IMG/VR virus record: IMGVR_UViG_3300014720_000003 | Location: 32,001-96,000 of that record | Strand: one strand, 5' to 3' | DNA length: 64,000 nt | Source: a virus | Part shown: positions 46,111 through 55,367 of the stretch, one piece after another | Layout of the letters: every line of letters begins with the position of its first letter | Position numbering within the stretch: position 1 is the stretch's first letter | The notes under the pieces: model-generated | The model's input: the letters and a program-made list of their open reading frames with translations, nothing else | The model's database searches: none | Told to the model about the DNA's origin: nothing | Made by a program: the position numbers and the translations under genes

Positions 46111-47726
46111 GGAATAAAATCCTCTTTGGCTATAGAATTTTTGTTTGTTCTCATCTGTTCACAAACAATTTTATTATTTAGGAATGATTCTAGAATAGCA
46201 ATAACATCTTGATGACCAAAGGTTTTAAAATGACCATTCTGAACTATTACACTATTAATAAAATCCTTGATTAACATTTGTATTGGTGCTGTATTAATTA
46301 AGTATGGTTCATTAATTACATGAGAACACATGAATTCAACAAATTCTTTTTTTGATATTGTGGATGGAATCGATACATTCGTATGGTTTGTTGTATATTT
46401 TTCTGATGTATCCCAATTTGTTTTCTGATTATTTTTTATATGATCAAAGGCAGCATTCCATGTTTGATAAACATTATCCCAAGAATATTTTTCAATACAT
46501 TTCTCTCTGATATGATCACTATTAGGAATAGTAATAGTCTTATTAAAGAATTGAGTTAGTAAATTGATAGTATAGTTGTTATCTGGAAGTGCTCTTAAAG
46601 CATTACTTTCCATTTCCCTAAATAGGGAACACGGTATTTTATACCCTAATAAATTATCAGCAATTTCGGACATAGCACTATAATCCACAACCATAATAGG
46701 AATGCCACAAGATGCAGCCTCTATTTGTGGAATACCAAATCCTTCACATATAGCATATTGTAGATAAACATCGAACAGATTATATATCTCACTCAATTGT
46801 GAAGTAGACACCGAATTAGTTGTACTAGTAAATCGTGCATTATAAGATCCACAACTTGTACACTTTGTCGTAATCCCATTAAATTTAGAAGGGAAAAAAC
46901 TATTACATGATTTACACAAATAGGTAAAATAAACCCTATCAGCAACACCATATTCTAAAAGAAGCGAGGGAATATCCCACCCAGCCTCTTCTGGATAACT
47001 AGTATGAAGATATAATACTGTATTTGTTGAATTACTAGGATTCTTAATAAATTCATTTAATACTAATATAAGATCAGCTAGTAATTTACGCTTTTGATTA
47101 CGCATTACTGTGCCAATCACATTAATTTTGTTTGTACCTAAATATTTGGTTTTGTGTTCATCTTTATTATATATTGGTTTAAATATATTGTAATCTACTC
47201 CAGCATTAGCGATTTGTGGGAATAGATTAATAGTATCTCCACACTCTTGTATTAGGGTGTCTTTGGCCCATTGAGTATATGGAACTACTAAATCACTATT
47301 TTTAAATGTAATTTTCCAATCTATGCGCTGAGGAGCAGAATCTACTGTTGGCATTATTACCCAATTATAAAATCTACGATATGGGCTGGTTTCTTGATAC
47401 GCGCTCATCCAATAGTCTCTAACATCAAAAACTATATCAGGATTAAAGTCTGCTAAAACCCTATTAAATCTCCAAAGACCAAACTGATTAAGGTTGTTAC
47501 TTTTATAAGTGTTGTATCTTTCGTCATTAACAGGCACAGCATTAGCATAGAACCGCCAGGGAATATCTTTAATTCTGGTATTTAAATGATCAACAAAACA
47601 ACCTAATTCTGCTACTTCATACTCTTCGTTTTTATGTAGTCGTGAGAGAATTTCCTTACCATAAATACCATAACCGGTATCTAAAAAACTAGCATCGTTA
47701 CATAGTAAAATTTTTGTTTTTTTCAT
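46107..47726 (-). CDS. GT-B (GT4-like) glycosyltransferase with zinc-ribbon insert
   Basis: TGYG; RNQKRK; EGFGIPQIEAASCG; CKSC...CTSC insert. Confidence 0.85.
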   Translation of the reverse strand: MKKTKILLCNDASFLDTGYGIYGKEILSRLHKNEEYEVAELGCFVDHLNTRIKDIPWRFYANAVPVNDERYNTYKSNNLNQFGLWRFNRVLADFNPDIVFDVRDYWMSAYQETSPYRRFYNWVIMPTVDSAPQRIDWKITFKNSDLVVPYTQWAKDTLIQECGDTINLFPQIANAGVDYNIFKPIYNKDEHKTKYLGTNKINVIGTVMRNQKRKLLADLILVLNEFIKNPSNSTNTVLYLHTSYPEEAGWDIPSLLLEYGVADRVYFTYLCKSCNSFFPSKFNGITTKCTSCGSYNARFTSTTNSVSTSQLSEIYNLFDVYLQYAICEGFGIPQIEAASCGIPIMVVDYSAMSEIADNLLGYKIPCSLFREMESNALRALPDNNYTINLLTQFFNKTITIPNSDHIREKCIEKYSWDNVYQTWNAAFDHIKNNQKTNWDTSEKYTTNHTNVSIPSTISKKEFVEFMCSHVINEPYLINTAPIQMLIKDFINSVIVQNGHFKTFGHQDVIAILESFLNNKIVCEQMRTNKNSIAKEDFIP

Positions 47727-47742
47727 GTTATAGAATACAGAC

Positions 47743-47767
47743 CCCTGGCACCATTGAGATGCCAGGG
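47743..47767 (-). terminator. hairpin downstream of ssb
   Basis: 8-bp stem CCCTGGCA/TGCCAGGG; weak U tail. Confidence 0.5.
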
Positions 47768-47790
47768 ATCTATATTAGAGATACTTAAAA

Positions 47791-48156
47791 TCAGAACGCA
47801 ACAGCGTCGGCTGTTTTTTCTGATCTTTTGGTTTTTGAGATTTTACCAAAATTATTAACTCTGACCTTTAGAGTATTATGTTTTACTCCATCCTTTTCCC
47901 AACTGTCATTACGTAATGATCCTTCGATAATTACTAGATCTCCCTTCTTCAACGAAGATGAAATGGCCTCAGCGCCACTATCCCATGCTTCACACTGAAT
48001 AAATGAGGTAATTTTATCTTGTGTACCATTAGCCTTGGTGAATTCTCTTGATGTGGCAACAGTAAAATTAACCACATAAGTTTGTTTATCACCAGTTGTA
48101 ATAACTCTGAGTTCCGGATCCCTAGCTAAATTACCTTTAATCATAACAATATTCAT
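47791..48156 (-). CDS. ssb: single-stranded DNA-binding protein
   Basis: MN.V.I.GNL.RDPELR; KKGD.V.IEG.L...W; C-terminal ...VAF; AAGGAG RBS. Confidence 0.92.
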   Translation of the reverse strand: MNIVMIKGNLARDPELRVITTGDKQTYVVNFTVATSREFTKANGTQDKITSFIQCEAWDSGAEAISSSLKKGDLVIIEGSLRNDSWEKDGVKHNTLKVRVNNFGKISKTKRSEKTADAVAF

Positions 48157-48222
48157 ATACATCTCCTTGTTAATTTAAAACCAAACCTGACCTGACATAT
48201 TGTAAGCTCGACGGGACACAAG

Positions 48223-49848
48223 TCAAGCCCTTGGAATATAAGCCTTTTCCACAATTAGGCCATCACCAGTTTTTGATTTATTTCCCTTTAATATGATAAC
48301 ATTACCAACGAATAATATATTCTTATATTCTTTATACTTTTCTGGAAACATTATAACCGAATCCAAAGAGCCTGTGCTATCAATTATTGTAAGAAATGCC
48401 ATCTCTGATCCTGGATTTTTTCCTGATTTTGTTTTTGTTACACTAATAAAATCTATTTCTCCACCGATAATTAAATTATCTTTCATAGTAGTTGTTTTAA
48501 ACTCTTTACATGTAATATTTGTCATACTAATATCATACATGTCTATTTTTGAGCAAGAGATTGAGTATCCTAGTAAGGAATCTTCACAGTCAGATATCCA
48601 TTCAGGACTATCTTGTAAAGAATACGGGGGATTTTTTAATGAATTGATCATATCTTGTATAGCATTTTTTCTATTTTTATTAATTTTAGACTGACCAAGA
48701 ACTAATGATAATAGTTCACTGAGCTTGTGTTTATCTTTAAATTCTTTCACATAACTACTTAAAATTTCTAACTCCTTTTTTGTCAAACCACTCACGGTGT
48801 TGTATTCGAACAACATTTTGTTTCTGGATATTTTAAAAAATCCAAGAGATCCACTTTGAATTAATGCTTTCGATGCTGTACTATTAATATTAATTAAGAC
48901 AAATAATAAACACTCAAACCAACACATAGAGTTAAAATCTATTTGTGTAGATAATTTAGTAATCTTATCAAACACAGAAGATCCAACACCCTTGATATCA
49001 GTTAAACCAAAATAAATTTTATTATCATGCAGAATGAAAAATTCGTTTTTTAATCTCAAATCCGGATTATGTACAGAAATATCCATCTCGCTGGCATTAA
49101 GTATTAACTCCTTAATTTCTGCTTGAGGGTCTATTTTATCTTTAGCAAATCGCAGATACGAAGCAAAGAATATTTTCGGAAAGTGTGCTTTAGCATATGC
49201 CGATAAATAAGCATTAACAGCATAACTTACAGCATGACTTTTATTAAAAGAATATCTCTGACTTTTTTCGATCCATCCAAAAATTTGTTCAGCCTGTTCT
49301 TGAGTAACTAGGCTCATAGCACTAGCGCCATCCATAAATTTGGATTTAACTTTGGCCATTTCTTCTGGTTTCTTTTTACCAATAGCTTTGCGCAACATAT
49401 CTGCTTCTTGAAGATTGAAACCGGCGACTACCTTAACAATCTCCATTGCTTGTTCTTGATAAACCATCTCTCCATATGTATTCTCTAATACTTCTTTCAA
49501 GCAAGGATGAAAATAATCTACTGATTCTAGTCCATTTTTTTTATCTATATAATGATGACTAACACTTTTACCATCTCTAATAGCTTCCAAACAACCAGGA
49601 CGCATAATGCTTATGAGCGCTGATAGTTGTTCTATATTAGATGGTTTCAATTTCTTAGCCATAGATCTACCAAGGCGACTCTCTAATTGAAAGCACCCTT
49701 TTGTATTTCCATCTGATATAAGATCCCAGGTTCTTTGACAGTCTAGGGTTATATGATCTATAGAAGGATCAAAAGTGATCTGTGTGGAACCATTGTTTTC
49801 TACAATAGGAAACTTACACCCACACGAATATGAAAAATGTTTAGACAT
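48223..49848 (-). CDS. dnaE: DNA polymerase III alpha, C-terminal half
   Basis: G.FQLES, RPG, YQEQ.M, AD.LRKAIGKK, YSFNKSHA, HhH GL..IKGVG and OB fold. Confidence 0.92.
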   Translation of the reverse strand: MSKHFSYSCGCKFPIVENNGSTQITFDPSIDHITLDCQRTWDLISDGNTKGCFQLESRLGRSMAKKLKPSNIEQLSALISIMRPGCLEAIRDGKSVSHHYIDKKNGLESVDYFHPCLKEVLENTYGEMVYQEQAMEIVKVVAGFNLQEADMLRKAIGKKKPEEMAKVKSKFMDGASAMSLVTQEQAEQIFGWIEKSQRYSFNKSHAVSYAVNAYLSAYAKAHFPKIFFASYLRFAKDKIDPQAEIKELILNASEMDISVHNPDLRLKNEFFILHDNKIYFGLTDIKGVGSSVFDKITKLSTQIDFNSMCWFECLLFVLININSTASKALIQSGSLGFFKISRNKMLFEYNTVSGLTKKELEILSSYVKEFKDKHKLSELLSLVLGQSKINKNRKNAIQDMINSLKNPPYSLQDSPEWISDCEDSLLGYSISCSKIDMYDISMTNITCKEFKTTTMKDNLIIGGEIDFISVTKTKSGKNPGSEMAFLTIIDSTGSLDSVIMFPEKYKEYKNILFVGNVIILKGNKSKTGDGLIVEKAYIPRA

Positions 49849-50539
49849 TACTGCTTGAGAATGCGTTTCTAAATTTAACTTTCTGTCCTAGATTTCTATG
49901 TAACTTAAGAAAACGCACAATAATTTGAGCGGTATCCTTTACATCTTGCAAAGCATCATGAGCATTATCCTTGGATAACCCAAAATAATCTCTCACATTA
50001 TCTAGTGTGTAGTTTTTTAAATCGTTATTGTTTTCAAACCAATAAAACATCAAATTCATACCATCAACAACATCTCGTGGATAGAATAAATTGGTCCTAT
50101 GTTCTTTATTTAGGTTACCATATTTACGGCTTAATCTATCAATAATATGTAAATCAAACCGATTAATATTATATCCAGCAGCTATTGGTGCTGTAAATTG
50201 ACTTTTTTTGGATGATCTAGTATGATATTTTTCTAAATAATTTACAAATATCTTCCAAGAGTGATCCTGTTTAGGATATTTATACCATGACTTTAGGACC
50301 TCTTCTTTGGAACACCCCTTAACCTTTGAATGAAAGTCCAGAATATCAGTTTCATAAGTGTAGTTCTCTGTATTTTCTAGAACCTCTGGCTTAAAGTGGA
50401 TATTTAATTCTGAATCATCTATTACTTCTAAACTAATAGGATCTATAATAATAGCAGCCAGTTGCACGGGACTGCATACCGATGGATCAGAGCCATCTGT
50501 TTCAAAATCAAAAACACAAATTTTGTTATAGTTAATCAT
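49841..50539 (-). CDS. DEDDh 3'-5' exonuclease (DnaQ/epsilon-like)
   Basis: VFDFETDG; GYN..FD; HDALQD. Confidence 0.88.
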   Translation of the reverse strand: MINYNKICVFDFETDGSDPSVCSPVQLAAIIIDPISLEVIDDSELNIHFKPEVLENTENYTYETDILDFHSKVKGCSKEEVLKSWYKYPKQDHSWKIFVNYLEKYHTRSSKKSQFTAPIAAGYNINRFDLHIIDRLSRKYGNLNKEHRTNLFYPRDVVDGMNLMFYWFENNNDLKNYTLDNVRDYFGLSKDNAHDALQDVKDTAQIIVRFLKLHRNLGQKVKFRNAFSSSNV

Positions 50540-50715
50540 TCAGAGACCACTACCTCTTGAGTTGGTTGTACAAAAATTCTATTCTGCACATTCTGTACAG
50601 CTATTGCATTTATAGATTTGCAACAACTAACCTTTGCAGTATCGACCTTTTTATATTGTGTTTCATTTAGAGTAAATACCGAACCAACGGATACTTCTTG
50701 AAACTGCTTATTCAT
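50536..50715 (-). CDS. 59-aa hypothetical protein
   Basis: Hand-found MNKQFQEVSVGSVF...; AAGGAG RBS; ATGA overlaps at both ends. Confidence 0.75.
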   Translation of the reverse strand: MNKQFQEVSVGSVFTLNETQYKKVDTAKVSCCKSINAIAVQNVQNRIFVQPTQEVVVSE

Positions 50716-52586
50716 ATATTAACTCCTTTACTAAGTAAATTTTGAATAGTCATAATCTTATCTAACATTGCAACACCGAGAATATCGAATTTAATTATAC
50801 CAATATTTTCTAGATCTTGCATTTCCATACCAGCAATCATTTGTTCGTTCTTGGTGTCATAAATCATTGGACATATTTGATGCAAAGGCTCCGAGCTAAT
50901 AGCGATACCAGCGGCGTGTTTTGATTGATTCGACTTTGTTCCTTCTAATCTTATAGCCTGTTCGAATCTTTTGGCCAGTGGTCCCTGAAGCTCGCCATTA
51001 TCGTCGATGTAACACCATTCTCTAAGTTTATCTCCATTATTTTCCAATGCCCATCTAATAATTGATGCCTCACCTGTCTCTTCTTTCATTTCCTGAAGAT
51101 CATCAGCTATTTTAGCTTCGTCCGGAATATTTTTAGTTATACGATTCATTTCTTCGAAACCAATATTACCATATACTCTTAAAACATCCTTAAGAGCACC
51201 CCTACCCTTTATAGTATTGAAGGTAATCATTTGTGCAACTTTATCCACACCATATTTATTTTTTATGTATTCTATGATATATTCTCTTTTATCTATAGGC
51301 ACATCCACATCAATATCTGGCATACTTATTCTATCCTTCGTATTCCTACCAGAATTATAAAATCTATCAAAAAATAAGTTATATTTGATAGGATCTATAT
51401 TTGTAATACCAATAAGATAAGATACTAAACAACCAGCCGCAGAACCCCTACCAGGACCGGGTAACCAACTATTGTCCTTCACATATTTTACAATATCTTG
51501 AACTATTAAAAAATAGCTACTGAGATCAGCACCCTGTAAAACATCTAACTCATATTTTATGCGATCCACATATTGCTGCTGATGTTCTTTTGGTATATTA
51601 TTGGCAATTTTATCTTTCCAGCCCTTTCTACAAAGCTCTCTTAAATATTCAGCATCATCATATCCTGTTGGACACTGAAATGGTGGCAACCTAGGTTTGC
51701 TCAAAATATCATAATCCTCTATTAAATTTGCTACATAATTTGTATTACTGATTTCCTCTAGTGTATGCAGATCGTTAATTTCTTCTTGAGATGGAATATG
51801 GTAATTTTCAGAAATAAAGAAACACCCCAGTGGAACCTGTTCGTCGTTGCTGAGTTTGCGACTAATTTCTGGAAATGTTGTTTTTAAATTATTGCATAAT
51901 AATATACGTTGATCAACAGCGTCTTCTTTTTTACAGTAGTGAGCATCCGGGGTGCAAATAACCTTAGTGTCGGTTTCTTTACCTATGGTCCTAATAGCAT
52001 CAGTTAATAGAATTTGTACTGGAAGATTATCTTTATCAATTAATTGTGCTTCTAAAAACACATGATTATTGAATATCTTTTTAAGATATCTCACATGTTC
52101 TATTCCTAGAGATAACCAATTGTCTTTTAGATTATAGTTATCCAAAATTAGATCGGCTAAAGTTGAGCCCAAATGCCCTGTGATCGCTACTAAATGACCA
52201 TTGTTGAGTTTGGCTAAAGTTTGCAGATCTAATCTGGGTTTATGATAATAATATTCTGGTTTATTAGATTCTGATACTATTCTAATTAGGTCTTTCCATC
52301 CGTTATAGTTACGAGCAAGCACAATAAAATGAGATAGAGATCTATTTTCTTTATCCTTAAATGATGGGTCTTGATCACATATGTATAGTTCACACCCCAA
52401 AATGGGCTTAATACCAGCTGCCTTCATGGCAGTGTAAAACTTTATTGCACCAGCAATATTACCATGATCAGTAAGAGCACAAGCAGATGCTCCAATTTCT
52501 TTACATCTTTCTGCCATTGATTTTGGCTGAGATAAACCATCCAATAAACTATACATGGAATGGCAATGTAATGGTATATAGTTCAT
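50712..52586 (-). CDS. dnaE: DNA polymerase III alpha, N-terminal half (PHP + palm)
   Basis: LHCHS.YSLLDG, TDHG, GPGRGSAAG, PDIDVD, HAAG, KFDILG. Confidence 0.93.
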   Translation of the reverse strand: MNYIPLHCHSMYSLLDGLSQPKSMAERCKEIGASACALTDHGNIAGAIKFYTAMKAAGIKPILGCELYICDQDPSFKDKENRSLSHFIVLARNYNGWKDLIRIVSESNKPEYYYHKPRLDLQTLAKLNNGHLVAITGHLGSTLADLILDNYNLKDNWLSLGIEHVRYLKKIFNNHVFLEAQLIDKDNLPVQILLTDAIRTIGKETDTKVICTPDAHYCKKEDAVDQRILLCNNLKTTFPEISRKLSNDEQVPLGCFFISENYHIPSQEEINDLHTLEEISNTNYVANLIEDYDILSKPRLPPFQCPTGYDDAEYLRELCRKGWKDKIANNIPKEHQQQYVDRIKYELDVLQGADLSSYFLIVQDIVKYVKDNSWLPGPGRGSAAGCLVSYLIGITNIDPIKYNLFFDRFYNSGRNTKDRISMPDIDVDVPIDKREYIIEYIKNKYGVDKVAQMITFNTIKGRGALKDVLRVYGNIGFEEMNRITKNIPDEAKIADDLQEMKEETGEASIIRWALENNGDKLREWCYIDDNGELQGPLAKRFEQAIRLEGTKSNQSKHAAGIAISSEPLHQICPMIYDTKNEQMIAGMEMQDLENIGIIKFDILGVAMLDKIMTIQNLLSKGVNI

Positions 52587-53620
52587 TCTGTGCTGCCGGG
52601 TGCTTTGTACTTACCTACAGTATACCCTGGTGTTGTATATTCGTCAAGTACCTTGTTGACACCCTTGATTTCAATATCGTGTTTGATTTGTTCGCATTTT
52701 GTCATGGTACTATCTATAGCACACACTTGATTGGGTCTATATTCCACTATTGGTAGCATACTACTATTGTCAAAAGTACTTTTACCAAAGTGACATAATT
52801 TATTACATTTCCAGGTTTTATTCAGTTGCGGAATTTTAGTGTGTTTTATCGTCTCGAATTTAGATCGTAGCATTTCTTCTGTTTTGATAAGATCTTTTTT
52901 ATCATAACAAATGGTGAAAGCACCACCATCATTAATGAAGTTAATACTAACCATAACATGATCATACTCAGGATATAGTGAGCTAACAGCATAATGATAT
53001 ATTCTTAGTTGAGGATCGTCTTGTAATTTTGCTAAGGTTTTTTCCTGACCCGTGGCCCAATCCAATCTTTTACCAGTTTTCCAATCTATGATTTCTAATG
53101 TATTATCGTTAACTCTTGTGATAAGATCTATGGTTCCTTTAATAGCCAAATACCCCTCTAAATTATCTCTATCATATTTATAATAGGCCCATTTCCGTTT
53201 AATCTCTATATCGAATCTTTGCTCTGGTTGCACAATGTCTCTGGAGCGAGGATCAAACGATCCATTGTGGTCTGTAATCGCTTTGTGAACCCAGGCGTGG
53301 CAGTCTTTATAGTCTTTAGCTTCCCATTCATGATGTTTAAACTGAGACGAATAGTACTTGTAAACTCTTTCTATAATAGTGGTCAAATTATAAGAATCTA
53401 TAGATATTGAACCTAAAATATCATCGATATATACGGATAAATTATTTTGTTGACATAATTTAATATGCGCTAATATTTCTAGAACTTTGTGACAAATGGT
53501 GCCTTTATCGGCCTTCTTATTAGATGGGCTTTTAAGTCCTAAATTATATTCGATAAAATATTGCATAGGACACATACTGTGTGTGCCGTATGAACTACTT
53601 CTAAGATATGTAATAATTAT
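52583..53620 (-). CDS. Cas4/AddB-like PD-(D/E)xK exonuclease
   Basis: CP..Y; GTICH; G.ID; IIDWKTG; QL.IY; C-terminal Cys cluster; N-terminus probably extends to ATA at 53620. Confidence 0.8.
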   Translation of the reverse strand: MIITYLRSSSYGTHSMCPMQYFIEYNLGLKSPSNKKADKGTICHKVLEILAHIKLCQQNNLSVYIDDILGSISIDSYNLTTIIERVYKYYSSQFKHHEWEAKDYKDCHAWVHKAITDHNGSFDPRSRDIVQPEQRFDIEIKRKWAYYKYDRDNLEGYLAIKGTIDLITRVNDNTLEIIDWKTGKRLDWATGQEKTLAKLQDDPQLRIYHYAVSSLYPEYDHVMVSINFINDGGAFTICYDKKDLIKTEEMLRSKFETIKHTKIPQLNKTWKCNKLCHFGKSTFDNSSMLPIVEYRPNQVCAIDSTMTKCEQIKHDIEIKGVNKVLDEYTTPGYTVGKYKAPGSTE

Positions 53621-54210
53621 GTCAGCACCTTTTTCTTCTTTAGGAAGCTAATGACCATGTTGTTTTGCTCATCAATAGAAATGTTCTCATTGTATATGAC
53701 CAAGTCAAAATTCTTAATAGAGTAATTTTCTTCATCCAAAGCTGTTTCGCTAGCATGATTAGAATTATGTGGATTTCTATTTAGCTTGATTACTATGCCC
53801 CCAACCTCTTTTACTGCCTCTACCTCATTAGGAAATCTACAATCGGCAATGATAGCTAGAGCAGGCTTATCATTATTTATTTTTTGAATAGTAGCATTCG
53901 CCCAAACATCGTGTTTCATTTTTCTAAACACATCCGTCCCCACAAACTGCATGACTTCTCTGGCGGTTAATTGTTTGCCATCCCATACTAACTGTGTTGG
54001 AGTGTTTTTGTCGATATCTTCTCCGTAGCACTGACTATATGATAGTCCAAGAATATTCATACAAATATCTTGTTTGAGAGGATCGGCAAAGTTATAAATC
54101 TTGGAACTATTAAATGGCTCAGTAGTACCATTATGGTATTTTGCCACAAATTCTGAACAGGTGGTTTTTCCGGACTGTTTACGACCAGCGAATGCTATTA
54201 TTTTTGTCAT
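53617..54210 (-). CDS. deoxynucleoside monophosphate kinase
   Basis: G.KQSGKTT; FADPLK; RE.MQ.VGT; D.RFPNE; H.SE. Confidence 0.88.
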   Translation of the reverse strand: MTKIIAFAGRKQSGKTTCSEFVAKYHNGTTEPFNSSKIYNFADPLKQDICMNILGLSYSQCYGEDIDKNTPTQLVWDGKQLTAREVMQFVGTDVFRKMKHDVWANATIQKINNDKPALAIIADCRFPNEVEAVKEVGGIVIKLNRNPHNSNHASETALDEENYSIKNFDLVIYNENISIDEQNNMVISFLKKKKVLT

Positions 54211-55367
54211 ATAATTTTATTGATATATTCCTTAATTTCTACATCTATTTCTGATGATGTCATTTCTCCAATATCATTTTTAGAAATCTGAGGACTAAAA
54301 ATCCTATAGGTGTTTTGACACTTAATTTTAATTTGATCTGCCGCCTTGCGACCAGCCTCATCATTATCTGTTAATATAATAATATTCATAGCTCCAGACG
54401 AATCTAATAATATTTTTTGTCGATCACTTAATGAGGAACCAAATATAGCAACACTATTATGAATACCGTTTTCTTCTAATCTCCAAACATTACCTGGGCT
54501 TTCCACAATAATAACTGTTGCTGTGCTTAGAATATGTTGTTTAGCAAACCAGAAATTATAGAGATGGTTTTGACTTTTGAAGCCGCTGCTGTGTTTCCAT
54601 TTTGAATATTTCCAACCATCATCATTGTTTGGACAATTTGTATTTGTATCGTGATGTGATTTACATAAGCCGCATTTTTCAAAAATGCTACGACCAGAAC
54701 AACCAATCATATACTTATAATCATTATCATATACTGGTACAACAATTCTTTTATACATTTCTTTGTCTGGTTTGTCACATAAACCAACATCGTATTTGCT
54801 GAGTATTTCAGCAGAATATTTTCTATCGAGATAATATTGTGATGGTATGATTAAAGATCTAACTATTTGTGATCTGATAATTTTTTTTGTGGTATTCTCA
54901 TTATCAGAATTATTGAGATAACCTATCACGCTGGTGAACTGTTTTTTTTCTTTATCTTTTCTATTTATTTTAATATCAGACAGATCTTTATTAATAATAG
55001 ATGTTGCATATTCTACAGCTTCTTTAAATGAGCAACTATTATCTCCATTCTTGGTCCATCCATATTTTTGATGAGAAATAACACCACGAATAAAACCCAA
55101 TACTGATGCTTTAAAAATATTTTCACAATTATGTGTTCTACACTTCCAATTACCTCTGTAGTTGTCTCCAGTAGGATAGAGATTTAATGCGGACTGGTTA
55201 TCTCCACCATGAATAGGACAACTCATAGTAATCATCTTATTATTTAACTTATAATCAAGACCCAAGGAGTCTAATAATAGTTCAATATTATCACAAACCT
55301 CATCACAAACTATTTTTAGCTTAGCTTGATCATTCAAATGGGATTGTCGTATCATTGTTGTCATCAA
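54207..55367 (-). CDS. dnaG: DnaG-type primase
   Basis: CPIH...W.C.T..C zinc finger; TOPRIM IIVE and TDNDEAG. Confidence 0.82.
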   Translation of the reverse strand: MMTTMIRQSHLNDQAKLKIVCDEVCDNIELLLDSLGLDYKLNNKMITMSCPIHGGDNQSALNLYPTGDNYRGNWKCRTHNCENIFKASVLGFIRGVISHQKYGWTKNGDNSCSFKEAVEYATSIINKDLSDIKINRKDKEKKQFTSVIGYLNNSDNENTTKKIIRSQIVRSLIIPSQYYLDRKYSAEILSKYDVGLCDKPDKEMYKRIVVPVYDNDYKYMIGCSGRSIFEKCGLCKSHHDTNTNCPNNDDGWKYSKWKHSSGFKSQNHLYNFWFAKQHILSTATVIIVESPGNVWRLEENGIHNSVAIFGSSLSDRQKILLDSSGAMNIIILTDNDEAGRKAADQIKIKCQNTYRIFSPQISKNDIGEMTSSEIDVEIKEYINKII

